Shown one piece after another: positions 49,806-62,871 of a stretch of DNA of 64,000 nucleotides. Under the pieces are notes generated by a model. It saw only the letters and a list, made by a program, of their open reading frames with translations. It did no database searches and was not told where the DNA came from. Made by a program: the position numbers and the translations under genes. Origin of the DNA: Phoronis australis (taxonomy: Eukaryota; Animalia; Phoronida); contig NMRA01000325.1 in assembly GCA_002633005.1 (NCBI GenBank), forward strand, positions 351,290 to 415,289. Direction: 5' to 3'. The stretch's first letter is position 1. Each line of letters starts with the position of its first letter.

Positions 49806-50514
49806 ATTATCTATTGGACAAAATTACTGGATATGGAAGAACAAAGGTACCCACTGAAGTGTTATAGTATGCTTAGGGAACAAAGTGAAAATGGTAATTG
49901 TAACTGGGCACACCCTTGTCGAAGAACTTTTGTCTAGGTACGGCTATGGAGAAGTGTGGTTATTTGGCCCAGGCAATAGTGCTGAGTATATTATGGTATT
50001 CAAACAGAGATTACTGGATTGTGGCATACAGGAATGGCAACTGGAAATAGGTAGCTCAAATAAATATGAATTTTATAGTCTTATTAAACGTGATCTTGTC
50101 AGCGAGCAATACGTGAATTGCTTAAGCGCCTATTCAAGAAAAATACTTGTGCAATTTCGGTGTTCAGGTAACTCACTTAATATAGAGAAAGGGAGACATA
50201 TGGGTATTACTAGAAGTGAGAGAATATGCGACATATGCTATCTGGGTGAAATTGAAGATGAGCCTCATTTCATGTGTCGATGCCCTGTTCTTGGAGACCT
50301 TAAAAGAACTCTTCTTCCAGAGCTTGTCAATGTTAATTATTCTCTTGTTAGGTTATTCCAACAGAAAAATCATGACAGCATCCAACGCCTCGCATTGTAT
50401 ATTCAGAAGGCTATGGGTTTAAGAGAACAACTGCTCTCCGTGTAAATATTCTGAATATATGTTTGAATTTATGTATTTATGTATGAGTAGGTAAAGCCTA
50501 CGATATACAATAAA

Positions 50515-50563
<49 letters not shown>
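49806..50563 (+). mobile_element. 5'-truncated non-LTR retrotransposon (RTEX/L2-like ORF2 C-terminus) with (ATT)n tail
   Basis: IIYWTKLLDMEEQRYPLKCYSML..GNCNWAH, frameshift, then VEELLSRYGYGEVW...FRCSGNSLNIEKGRH..RICDICYLGEIEDEPHFMCRCP (CCHC motif). Stop at 50445, AATAAA 50509-50514, (ATT)n 50516-50563. Confidence 0.88.
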
Positions 50564-50565
<2 letters not shown>

Positions 50566-53330
50566 AGATACATTTTATCCACAGTGGACTTGACCTCATT
50601 CATCAAATGTCTGTCGTGACCTCACTGCAAGTTACAAAGTCCATGTTGTACAGTCAATGTTATAAGATGAAGATATACAAAACATCAAACTGTTAACACT
50701 GAAAGACCCACAACACCTCTTTGGCGACCAGTCCAGATACAAAACTAAGACGCTGGAGTTCAGAGTTCAAATCATACATGGGCCCTTTGGATTCTTCATC
50801 ATTGATACCCAACTATAGTTTGATGCAACAATTTACATATATGTACTGTCCTCAGAGGCAGATGGAGAACGGGCATTCCAAGATGTTGAGATTGCTGCTG
50901 GGACCTGATACTAGGTGGCACCCATTCTATGAAATTCAGAAGAGTGCAAAGAAAATACAGGGCTTCTAGGTGACTGAGTTGAATGTACAAAAAGTCCAAA
51001 CTGAATCACTTGCCTTTGGTCGACCAGTCTAGACAAAAAAGAACAACATGGCAGTGACCAGGGTTCAAATCCAGCCTAGACCAGGTGTCTTACAACAGTT
51101 TTTGGAAAAAGAGGGAACGTCTGGTCACCTTTATAACAATTGTAATGAAGAGGTACATTTCTGCCTCATCTATACAATTTTTGTGACTCAAGCCCTAAGC
51201 TAAAAAACAATGCAGGCAAGACTAATCAAACTTCAAACCCACAATGACCTATGTGTGCTATATTTAACTGATTTAATGATGGATTTGGTCACAGAACAAA
51301 CAGGGATACCTTAAAAGTTTTTTGAATAGCATTACACTAGTACATTGATTCTTCACAGAGCCCTGCACTGCTGAGCAAGGCATTTCCCTCACATAAGCAC
51401 TTTCACTGCAAGCACAGGCACTCATATATGAGATGGCCACTCAACTTGACACAATAACATAACACATATACAACACTAATTCTTTCTTACCTGCCCAACC
51501 GATGCTCCTTGAACAACTCAAATCACAGCAATGTAGAGGAAAATTACACGAGACGCTTACTAGTATGAAAATCCTTGACATATCCATTTAATACATTTGC
51601 TGATGCCAATTAAAATGATCAGTACCTCAATATTAATTACCAAGTAAAAATTCTTATCAAATGCATTTTACATGTGAAAGTTCTTAGTAAAGAACACTCT
51701 TCACCCATCTACCAGTGCAAATGGTTCTATGATCTCTTATCAGTAACCTCTCTTTCAGTATGTCACAAAAGGTGTTGTTTTCAATTGATGTTTTAACAAC
51801 ATTGTGAGAATGTGGTTAGCCTCATGAGCACACACACTGGTCACATAGGCACCTTCGTGTGACTTAAGGTAATTTTTATTGGTAAAGTTGTCAACAAATG
51901 TAAGTAACACATGAATTGAAAGTGTCAAATATGTACACAAAAAAATCTGATGTAATTTACCCCCAGACAGCCATGATTGCTTAGGTTAACTCTAGAGAAT
52001 AAACCTACATTGCTCAAAGTTATATTTAATAAGTAGGCAAGCAATTAAAACCCATTATTTCACAATGATGTAGGGCAGAAACAACAAAACAAACGTTACC
52101 ACATTCAAGCTCTAGATGCCGAAACGATAAACTTAAGAAGATAAGAAGATTATTTACAGACAGGTAAGGTAAAAAAACACAAAAGAACTTGCATAAATAT
52201 ACAGATATAAATACTAATGGTTCCCAAACAAAAGACATATGTTATACAGTACAAACACAGTAACCAAGTACTTAAAGGTTTTTCAGGTCACTACGGTATC
52301 TTACAGGAAGTTTGTTCCACACCTTGGTTGCGAATGGAGTTTAATCCAAGTATAATGGAACCTACAAGCAGTTGGCCAATCAGCCAGGCATTGATGTCAC
52401 AAGTAAAATGTTGGCAGTTTAGGCAAACCTCATTTATCCAGTTTGCTTCAACTCTATTTGCTGTCCTTTCACTATGAAACCTACTTCAAAATATCATGCG
52501 CCTGAACATGCAATTTCAAACAGAAATTTGTTCAAAATATCCACTTCATGAAAGTTGCATATGACCGCACTTCAAACTTCATAAGAGAATAATGGCATTG
52601 CCATTAACCAAAGAAGAGTGTAGTTTTTTATGACATAAATGCTGTCCTAGTGAAGACAAGGACATATAATGTTGACTATTACAACAATTTTTTTGGAAGT
52701 GCTTCCTGAGGGAATTGTTGTACATTTTCTACTTATAATAGTGTCAAATCCAGCATGCCTGTGGCAGAGCTGAAAGTGCAGAGCTTGGAATGACCAATGA
52801 TAAAACCAAGAAAATTTTCCAGGTAATGTATCATTCCACAAATAAATAAGTTTGTGCAATAGAAATATTTTTGTGTTGTAAAATGTAACCGAAATAAATG
52901 TTTTTGCATGAATAAAGTTATGATACAAAAGATACAAAAAAGAGGATACTGGAAATCAAATAAGAGGAAATCGAAACCAAAAAAGAGGAAATGCTCTTAA
53001 AAGAGGAAAATTCCAAGACCCGAGAGTGAGCAATACAGTGCAGAGGCACTCATTCATACCGTTGGCGTAATGGTTGTTGTGAATTTTGGTTCAAGGTGTG
53101 ACGTACCATCAAGACCTCAATAACTGTTTACAATATGACAACATTGACCTATTGACTGACAAGATTTTGGTAACGTTCGATTCCGCTTATGCTTCTAATT
53201 CCAAAAATATTTGAACTTGCCTCTAACTCATTTCATTACTATTTTATCGTCAAATTTCTGTTCACACTATTTGCTGGTTGACGTCGCCATGTTCGGTCAA
53301 CTCGAGATTACAACGACACCTGTGACTTCA

Positions 53331-53460
53331 GGTGTGATGTACAACCAGATAAAGCCACTCTAAGCTGCTTGCCAAGTAGCAAGTGCATCTTGGCTGAACA
53401 GTTTTGACGCTCAGCTCTCACACACGGGTTCAAGTCCCGGAGCCACTGAAACTTTCTACA
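53331..53460 (+). repeat. ~130-bp repeat with tRNA-like B box (copy 1)
   Basis: GGTGTGATGTACA.CCAGATAAAGCC...GCTCAGCTCTCA...ACGGGTTCAAGTCCCGGAG; direct copy at 53782-53915. Confidence 0.7.
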
Positions 53461-53693
53461 TTGGCACCCAACAACAATAGAAGCCACAACCAGATGGGAT
53501 GTTAGCACTCTTCTCGAGGAAGAGTCATACTCCAACAACTGCAGAAGAAACCCAGACAGGAGACATGGCCGACCTGAGGGGGCAGGTGGCAAACTTGATT
53601 CAAGGAGGGAAGTGTTGTGCATGGGTGGCGCAGCACTGAAGTGGGGAGGGGGCACAAAACCCCACAGCCCCCTGTGATGCACCGCGCATAGAC

Positions 53694-53763
53694 CATGGGC
53701 GGCATATCACTGAAAAAAGTGGGGGCTATAGCCTCCCCAGCCCCCTATGGTATGCCGCCCATG
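53694..53763. mobile_element. 70-bp mini-MITE with perfect 13-bp TIRs
   Basis: CATGGGCGGCATA ... TATGCCGCCCATG. Diverged tandem copy at about 53620-53690 and inverted copy at about 54408-54479. Confidence 0.7.
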
Positions 53764-53781
53764 TTATGACACTGATTTCTC

Positions 53782-53915
53782 GGTGTGATGTACACCCAGA
53801 TAAAGCCTTTCTAAGTCGCTTGTCAAGTGGCAATTGCCTCTGCTGAACGGTTTGGATGCTCAGCTCTCATACATCCAACACGGGTTCAAGTCCCGGAGTC
53901 ACCCCCATTTTCTAC
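53782..53915 (+). repeat. ~130-bp repeat with tRNA-like B box (copy 2)
   Basis: Colinear with 53331-53460. Confidence 0.7.
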
Positions 53916-53997
53916 AGACATGTAGCTGGTATACCAGACAAACTGCACTATCAATACCATGATTATACTACATCTACACGACTACCTACACTGACAG

Positions 53998-56900
53998 TAG
54001 GCAATGACCATTGCCTCTGCTGGACCTACCAGTTGAGGCGATGAAGCTCCTACAGGGGCTCCATAGGCCGGAAGCTTTTCGGCACTGGCTAAAGCATGAA
54101 AGTGACGTTTTTATAAATATCTTTTGCGCATATAGGGACACCTTAGGAGCTTGTCAATGTGTTTAATTCCTTCCAACTCGAACAAATACTCCCGTTATCA
54201 AACTTTTTCTTCAAGCAGTCCCTATTTCAGTTCCCAAAATCATGAACTTATCATTTTCACTCGGCGCATGCCAAGAGATATGACCTCATTCTTTTAACCA
54301 GGTCAGAAGTTGCAGTCCTACTGGCGAACTTTGAAAGCTGAAGTCCCCGCCCTCTGCGTACGTGCTGCCGGTAACCAGCCGTGCATTTGCTGTGTTGTTA
54401 AGACGTAGGCGGTGCACTATAGGGGGCTGGAGCTGGGGAGGCTATAGCCCCTCACTTTTTCAGTGCCACGTCGCCCATAAAAGAACAGTTAATTTTGCCG
54501 AAAACTAGACAAATTTCGGGGTGATAGTAGCCTACCAGTTTTGTTATCCGTTAATTATTGACGATCTCCGTTCAGTACGTATGAACGTTATTTATGCAAG
54601 GGCAGATTAAACGATGTTGACATACTGTCCTTAGAAAATCGCGGTTTCAACTAGCGTAACTCCAAATCCAGTAATGTGTACAGTTTGTGAGGCGTGAAAC
54701 TGATGCTAATACATAGCTGATTTTCTGAATTGGAAACACTATCAAGTGACCATCAAATACTAAATCAGATTTTCCACAGATGTAGTAATGCGTGTAAAGT
54801 CACTTTGGTATCGTATCTTACGTACACCGAGGCCTCGCTCATGTAATACTCGTGTGATCTTTCATGAATTTTATGTCAACTGGAAGCATGGTTTGAACAG
54901 TATCATGGATTATGATATGTGTTCGTCAGTGAGTGTTTTGGAAAATGAAAAAGACCAATTTTTAAGATTAGGGAGTATACAAAAGGGCCACAAATTTTGC
55001 GTGAACGCTGTATCTGTTAGTGGTTATGCGTTTTTTTTTTTCCTAAAAGAGTGAGGATTCAATATGCAACTTAGTCTTCACAGGCAATTTAGTTCTAAAT
55101 CACGGGTACACGACCATCGTCTGCTAAGTCGGAGCGAATTTTTAACAATCGGAGGGTTTGGCCGTTTTCAACGCAAGGCGAAAATGGTGACGAACACAGA
55201 CGTCAAAGTTAACGACATTGGCTTTCTCTCGCCATAATTTTGAAATAACTGTTGACATGGGGATGGTTTATTTTTTACAACTAAGATTTCCTTAATTGAG
55301 CGATCTATCTGAAGAAAGAATATTATTGTCTTGAAAGAATATGCGTCCTTTTTCCCAAGGGCACAAGAATAGTGAGGTGTCTGCCGGTATACTCGTTAGG
55401 CCTAATGAAGTTTTCAGTGAAGCTTGTCATGTATGCAAAAAACATTTTTTTAATAAATCTACAGAACAAATTGAAAACAATATCACACTGGAGAATTTCT
55501 GTTTACTCACCAAGTTGCTGTCACGGTGCCCACACATGAACAGCTGTAGGATGATCCATTTAGACAAATGATCGACGATTTTCCTGATTGTACAGAAGGC
55601 AGCATAAGGAGAACGGAGATGGCACCAGTGGCCAAGATTCAAGTTTCTAGATGACATAGTCCTGAATATTTGTAACAATGTGGGGTGGCAATATCGAGCA
55701 GTAAACACAACTGTTCCCAAGTGAAGTTGGTCATTGCGGATTCAGGCGCAAGGTCTATATTCGCAGGGGTTGCTTCTTTTCGCAAGGCCTTTACTTTTTT
55801 CTTGACCTCGTGCATTATGATTTGGAGCATTGTATCCTTGCCCCTCTTTGTTCGAGAAAGCGCCCTTACGGCAACTGGTACACTGCGATTTTCTAAATTT
55901 CTCCTTATAACTTTCGCATGCCCTCGCTTTATTTCCATCGGTGTTGACTTGGTATTTGAAATTACAAGAAGGCATTGAGAATATTCAAGAGACACTGCGC
56001 ACAAGACATTGAAAGATAAGTTAAGAATTTGGACAGGGCAGTTGAATTTTGAGCTCAATGTTAATGCGCGCACCAAGCTTTTAAAATGGGGGGCTTAGCT
56101 TTTTGACGATGTGGACCTCATACTAACAAAAAGCAGGAGGACTAAATAAATGGGGTACCACGTTCAGAGCTCTGAATTGTGAGTTTGCGCCTATTTAGGG
56201 GACTTTTGTTACGTTTTTCACGGACTTCTTGTTTCTCTGAGGCGGATCTATTAGCTCACTTCGCCAAATGGGAGGTCTCCTTCGAGCCCCCCTGGGTGCG
56301 TGCATGATGTTTACCTTATATATTTCTGTCGCGAACGCCAATCACAAACAGTGAAACAGCTTGGTTGTCATTTTGCCATTCACTGGCATTTGGGGCCCAT
56401 TTCAACAAAATATAGCACATTGCGTTTTTTCACCTAAACACGGTCCCACGGTCTCATTCTCATTTGAGGCAGGCCAAATACCACAACAGGAACTCATGTA
56501 GTGGCCTGTAACTTAACATGAAACTTGAAATGAAGCTTACAGAAAACAAAAACTTTGCATATAAGTACCTTTCTTTTTTTCTTGCCAGTAGATCATCGTC
56601 CAATGGCCGTTTTCTTATTCTTTCTTCCTTTCTATCATCCTCTGCCTTTTCAAAGAGATACGTTTCGTTCCGACATTTGGATGTGAAAATCTCTTTCTAT
56701 GCTTTAAGCTTTATTTGAGCTTTAACAATTCCCCCGAGACAATAAAAACAAGTATAACACAGCGCTTTCTCACAAACCGACTTTTTGTCTTTAGCGAGGG
56801 AAGCAACGAAACGTAAGTTTCACACAACGCTATCTCTACGGTTACGCCTCCGTACTTCAATGTCCTTCAAGGACGCCTTTTGGCTTTTTAAAAGGTTCGT

Positions 56901-57807
56901 TGCAATTCATGCAACGCTTCTCACCGTCCATGTTAATACTGAACTGCAACGTGTATACATATCTTAATTTGTAAGTCAGTATCACTGTGTCTGTGTCATC
57001 GTTGGTCTGCAAGAATCATGACCACTCAATGAAATGGTCCAGTTGATTTCGTATGAGATCATACTTAAATTTACCAACTGGCGGTTAGATCATGTTTTGA
57101 GCAAAACTGGCACTGAACAGACACATTTAATAATTACAGTTAAATACATTAAAATAAAGTGAATAAACCTAGAAACTTGTCCGTTACCTGTTGCAAATGA
57201 ATTTCGGAAAACGAATCATCTGAACCCTAACTTAACAACCTTTTAAACATTAAAATGTCAAATGTGTGCACAAAGACTATTAAGTGTCATATCAACAGCA
57301 TTTATTTTTATCAAATACAAACAATAATTCATTAAACACAACCAGTTTCAAGTAAGGCCAATTAATTAAAGACAAGTAGTGGTTGCCCGCTGAGACATTG
57401 CCATGGCATTTTGGAAACAAACATTTGACTGACAAGACCGCAATTTCTCAGCTTTGGCCTATTTAAAGATTGAGGTCATGAAGTCATATTACCTAGCGAG
57501 CGAGCGCGGTAAAAATTGGAGCGTGCGCAGTGTAAAAATGGTGAGTTCACGATTTTGGGAACTGAAAGATGGACTGCTCAAAGAAAAAGTTTGATAACGG
57601 GAGTATTTGTTCGAGTTGGAAGGAATTAAACACATCGACAAGCTCCTAAGGTGTCCCTCTGCGCGCAAAAGGTATTTATAAAAAAGTGACTTTGATGCTT
57701 TAGTCAGTGCGCGGCATAATTCGCCGAGAAGCTTCCGGCATATGGAGCCCTATAGAAGCTTCATCGCCTCAACTAGTAGGGCCAGCAGAGGCAATGGTCA
57801 TTGCCTA
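53998..57807 (-). mobile_element. 3.8-kb DNA transposon with ~275-bp TIRs (TAG...CTA termini, possibly Academ-like)
   Basis: 53998-54271 is an inverted copy of 57521-57807 (TAGGCAATGACCATTGCCTCTGCTGG.CCTAC.AGTTGAGGCGATGAAGCT...). It contains a decayed gene. The element is clear; the superfamily is uncertain because no clean TSD is visible. Confidence 0.8.
55390..56931 (-). pseudogene. Decayed transposon gene (N-terminal CxxC...CxxC zinc finger and transposase-like N-terminal region)
   Basis: MDGEKRCMNCNEPF...ALCYTCFYCL with stops; downstream broken frames AMTNFTWEQL / PTLLQIF / LQLFMCGHRDSNLVSKQKFSSVILF / SLGLTS. These resemble, from memory, DUF6589-type transposon proteins. Confidence 0.5.
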
Positions 57808-57835
57808 CAATGAGTCACTGTGTGACAGGTCCACT

Positions 57836-57942
57836 CACTTTCTCGACAGTCTTTTTAAGTTTTTTGCAAGACTGAAAATGAAATTGCCATGAGTCATGTC
57901 AATTTCATTTTCAGTCTTGCAAAAAAGACTGTCGAGAAAGTG
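57836..57942. repeat. Near-perfect 107-bp palindrome
   Basis: CACTTTCTCGACAGTCTTTTT[AAGTTTTT]TGCAAGACTGAAAATGAAATTG.CATGA G TCATG.CAATTTCATTTTCAGTCTTGCAAAAAAGACTGTCGAGAAAGTG. Confidence 0.9.
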
Positions 57943-58353
57943 TTATCTTAGTAGCTCTCTGGTTCTCAAAGCCAGGAATTAGAATATCTTACGACAGCGG
58001 TACAATATAGAGTTCCATAAACTTTTCACTTTAACAAACCTGTTCACGTGTGTTCTTCTTCCTTACTTAGTTCGACACTCAAAACAAAGTTGGTGGGCAG
58101 AGGTAACAAGCATAGAATCAAAACTTTTTATTTTATTTTGATAAAAAAGACCAAAATATTGAGCATCGACTTCTTTTTTGTAAATATGATCAAGAAATTT
58201 TCAAGTAATTGCTGTGCTTTTTAACATTTAGTACAGAACTGCTGTAAAGATTTGGTAAGGGTTGTGTTTTGCAAGCACATCAAAATCATCCAATGACATT
58301 GAACACAAACATTTGGTGCTGATCATCACGAGGGGTGTATTTCCGGCTCAAAG

Positions 58354-58627
58354 ATGGGGACTGGAGTCGTTGCACGGCTTCTTGTTGTCGTTGTTTTAAC
58401 GCGTATTGCTTTGGCTAACAATGGAAACCAGAGCGCAAAAGTCTCGAATAAGTCTGTATCCGAGATAGAAAATACGATCGAGGACAGGGCCGAGAGTGTT
58501 CACAAGATAGACAGCTTGAACATCCTTGTTTTCATAATTTTGCTGGTGTTGACGGTTCTCACCGTGTGGGGATTCAAACATTATAGGCTGCGCTTTGTGC
58601 ATGAGACAGGGTTAGCCATTACATATG
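58354..58627 (+). CDS. SLC9A7: Endosomal Na+/H+ exchanger (SLC9A6/7/9; NHE6/7/9 group), coding exon 1
   Basis: Signal-peptide-like N-terminus, then AESVHKIDSLNILVFIILLVLTVLTVWGFKHYRLRFVHETGLAITY(G)|gtgagt, the signature of NHE6/7/9. The symbol denotes the subfamily, not 1:1 orthology. Confidence 0.92.
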
Positions 58628-59769
58628 GTGAGTCCAGTTTTTTTTTTCTACATTCCTTATATGGAATCTTGCTACAAGCTATGGACTCATTCAAAGTTAT
58701 AAATGTGTCAAGCGTACATCTGTGTGAGTTTTGGGAGGTAAAGCCAGGTCCATTCATTTTTTGACAGATCCAAGATTTCTTAATAGGAAGTCAAATTTTA
58801 GAAAAGTGGCGACCACACACACACTCTATTTTCTTAGACAAAACAGCACAGAGCTTCAGACTATGTTTAGGAGATGCAATTGATATCCTGTGAACACCAA
58901 CAGTGCCTCCTCTGACTTTGAGTATAATCTTTATCAGAGTGGTGCAATTTGGGTGAATTAGAACCTCGGTATAATTAAAATGTTAAAGTGATTTTCAGAG
59001 GTATGCCATCAATGCTTTAAAAGTTCAAGCACACTTCTATGAAACCTGAGGTACTACTTCATGTGATAACTACATTTTCCCCTCACTGGCTTTTGATAAT
59101 TGAAACTGAACTGTTGTGTATTTAACAAATTCAATGTTTTTACAGAACATTTCTTAAACTGTGACCATCTTATTCATAGTCAGTACATTTACTAAGCATA
59201 GTGCATTTTAAATCTCCTAGATTTTCTAACTGACCTGCTCATAGGGAGATTGCTTTCTTTATAGCTAAGAGACATTTTGGGGGATTAGACTTCTTTGACC
59301 AGAGCTGTAAAGCAAACATCCATTGTTAGTTTTTTGTGATTACAAATCACCAATTCTAGCTGATGTCTGTCAAACATACACTGAAATAAAGACTAATGAC
59401 TTTGCCAGTTTAATACACTTAAAATACCTTTCTTAATTCTCAATATCAATCCCGTCAATGAGTTGGGTACTTGCTTGTTCTTGTCTAAATTTTCAAGCAG
59501 TGTATGGAGACATTATCAGATATCAGTTTTGCCAAATCCCGAATGAAAGTCAAAATTTGTTAAGTTTTCTTTCTGTTCTTAAAGATATTTCTATTGAGGG
59601 CTTACTTGTTAAATGGCAGTTTATGCAATGATCATTTTCCAATTGACTGAAAAAAAAATTCATCCAGGATCTAAGTTTGATATTCAGAGTGTGTATTTAA
59701 ACCCAAACCTTTCATTGACCATTGATATTTTTTCACTGAAAATTTTAAGGCTCTAGCTAAGAAATACTT

Positions 59770-60650
59770 GCTGTGACATTTGGGACATTTGGGAAATTTG
59801 TAGACATGCTCCTATTATGGATGAGACAGCATGTTCTAATTTCCGTGCGGATTTGTCTACTACCCTGCTCCCTATTAGGAAAATTTATGTTTACTTCTAT
59901 ATCTCCGAATTCCTTGTTAGATTTTCATGACATTTGGCAAAGAGATTTCTATTATAGAGACGATGACACTTTCTCATTCTACTTAATCTGTGCCTCCTAG
60001 TGGAATATTTATTATTTTCACACCTGTTTTGGCATCTATCCCTTTGCACCAAACTGCTCGAATAGTTATTATGAAATTTCACTGATGTGTTCCTGTTGGG
60101 ATGAGCTGACTTTTTTGTATGATCAAACTAGTTTGGTGTTCCATAGTGACAATATAGGTTTTCATTGACTCTTATGTCTATCAAATGTTCTTGGTGGGTT
60201 TTCATGAAATTTGTCGAATTGGTTTCTTTGAAAGAGATGATAACAGTGTCCAATTTTTCAATAGATTCATTCAAAGTATTCTGCACCCCCTTGTGGCCTT
60301 TCTATTATTACTGTGTCTGTTTGTGGTGTCTGGCTCTATATCCCCCAATGTACATGAAGGATCATTATGAAATTTTAAAAATTTGTCCTTAATGAGGTTA
60401 TCACAACTAACATAGATTTTCGGAGATTCCTACTACTGTGATGTTCTCTAGTGGTGGATTTTTTTTCCTTATTATCTAGCAGTTTCCTTAATGGATCTTC
60501 ATAACATTTAGTAGACGTGTTCCACTAGATGTAAGCATGCCTGACATTGATTTTGGAATGAGTCCAACTACTGTGACATCCTTTAGTGGCAATTTCAGTT
60601 TTCTTTGCATTTGACTATATCTGCCATGTTTACCAAATTTGTCAAATAAG
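59770..60650. repeat. Old degenerate repeat with recurring TTCATGAAATTTG-like cores
   Basis: Cores at about 59923, 60068, 60200, 60364, 60496 and 60628 (roughly 130-165-bp spacing). Confidence 0.45.
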
Positions 60651-62207
60651 TTTTTATCAAGAAGGCAACTGCAAGTGCTTTGGCTAATGCTTTGCCCGAT
60701 AGTGGTCTTTTGTATATTAAATTGTGAAACTAATAAACACCCCTAGAATCATACTATTTGTAGCACAGTGCTGGAATCTTTTCAACACTGTGTATTGCTC
60801 TTGGTATTGATTGCACCTATGTCCCATGTATCCTCAAGATTTGATTGTACCTGGGAAATGCAAGCTGACAGTGAAGGAATTAGATGTGCTTCTGGAATGA
60901 ATGTGTTACTTTAAAGATAAGTTGATGGAGCTTGATACAAGGATTCCAAATGGTCACTTCAATTTAATGTCCTTCATTTTGAACATTGCATACCCATACT
61001 AATGTAAATTATAGCTGGTTGCTTGCAACATTTTTACTACAAAATTTGGGCATCGTATGTGTCATTTTTTCTGACTTAGATAAGTGAAATTACATCTATG
61101 TGGCTACTACCATCACTAATAGGATTATAACTATTCAACTGGATAAATAATGACTAATAATGCCAATAGCAAATCAATACTGTTGTATTATGTAGTGTTG
61201 AGCTATCACCATTCAGGTTATTGTCAAATCATAGACATGATGGTAGTCGTCAGCTATAAACTCTTTTCCAACATTTGTAATTTTGGTTAAATCTTTTTTT
61301 GTGACTACCAGACACATGACGGTTTGCTTGCAGCAAAAGTGTGTCAACATATCTCATTAATGGTATAACACTCTTTAATTTTGAACATTGAAAGGGTTCG
61401 TTTGTAGGTCATATTTGTGATGTTGAAGCCTAACTGGTTTCGTTAATGCTATATAAAATTCTAGATCTGGTTTCTTAAGAAAGAGTCATACAATATCATG
61501 AACAGTTCATGTTTTCAGGTTGTCCCTAATTGATATTCTAATTCTGCATTGAATGATGTTGGTTAAGTGCTATTTAAGCAAAATATTCAAGGTTTTAAGA
61601 CATGTTTGTTGTAACTATATTTACGTGATTTGACATTTGACTTTTAAATTAATCGTGTGTTTATCTTGTGTGAAGAAATGGTAGAATGAGCAAGCAATTT
61701 CATCGAGTTAGTAATGACTTGATATGTTATTTTTTCTGCGATATGCGGGCTAACCTGCATTTACCTGTAGATAGCAGTATACTGCAATCAATTATACAGA
61801 ATGTTGGTATCTGCTTGATGTTCATGTTGCCTCAGGCTTTTGTGAGCAGAGAACAGCTGAGTAAATATTTAATTTATAACTCATTTCATGTAGAAACCTG
61901 AGTCTCAGTGTGTTTCAGTTTCTTGACAAAGATAAAGTGAATCTCATTAATTATCTTCAAAGATTGGTAATATTGCCCCGTTTTGCAATTTAACAATAAA
62001 AAATTATGTTATCCCATTGTGGTTCTCTTCTCGAAATTCAGAGTCATTACATTGTGTTTCTATGTAACAATTCATCCAAGAAATGCGTACAAAAATTCAA
62101 GGTTTGGAAGTCTTTAAGTCACCTTAAAACGAAATTAAACTCACGTATCAATATGGTAATTCAAGTCTGCTGTAGTTGTTTGGGTTAATGCCCAATATGT
62201 TATAACA

Positions 62208-62590
62208 GGGTCCTCCGGATTACATTGCATTTGTCCCAGAGATAATAAAGCGTGACCTCGTTGTGGAAATCAGGCACATTTCCGTGTCTCTCATCGATGT
62301 CAGAAAGGCGAAGAATTTCATATCACGCATCCACGGGTATTTGTCCAGTTTATCAAACTTTCTCACGTCCGAGTTGTAGTCCACAGCACAGAAGTAATAC
62401 TTTATTTGTGTTGGAAGTACGAATAGAGTAATGCAACTGAGAAAAAGTTTTAAAAAATGAGACAATAACAAATAACATGTGAAACTCCAATGACACGAAA
62501 CCAAGGCAGCAAATGTGCTGGACGGATGTTTATGGCATTGTGGGTAAATATAGCGAGATTCGAGTGTCATTGTGTAATCCGGGATGGCCC
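62208..62590 (-). mobile_element. ~380-bp MITE carrying a THAP-like coding remnant (copy 2, inverted)
   Basis: Reverse complement aligns along its length with 29223-29620; both encode DVRKFDKLDKYPW. Confidence 0.75.
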
Positions 62591-62871
62591 TATTGGGACA
62601 CCAAAAGTCTTGGGGAGTGGGTGTCAAGCTATGTACGGCACAGCATGGCTATTCAAAAGTGATTTTGTATAGGTACATGAAAGGGCCTTTAGTCAAATGT
62701 GGGCATCAACCCAAATGGATATGGAAAGATTATTTTTTTCTAGTAAAAGTATAATTTATTTCACCATATCAGGCATTAAGGCGCTTTAACCTAACAGATT
62801 GTTTTAGAGTCATCTGACTTCATTCTTTTTTATTAATTATTAAGTAAGTAGTGTTACTAACATCATTTCAG

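Noticed and set aside
49885-50445. 186-aa ORF as a host gene
   Set aside because: It is the frameshifted C-terminus of a LINE ORF2 followed by an (ATT)n tail.
51491-51587. ATG-initiated segment ending CAG|gtaaga
   Set aside because: Phase 1, incompatible with exons A and B as a coding exon; could only be non-coding, and there is no other support.
57188-57219. MIRFPKFICN + AG|gtaacg, phase 2, as a PINCH first exon
   Set aside because: It lies inside the long-TIR transposon just upstream of its decayed gene and is more simply part of the element. Exaptation cannot be excluded without transcripts.
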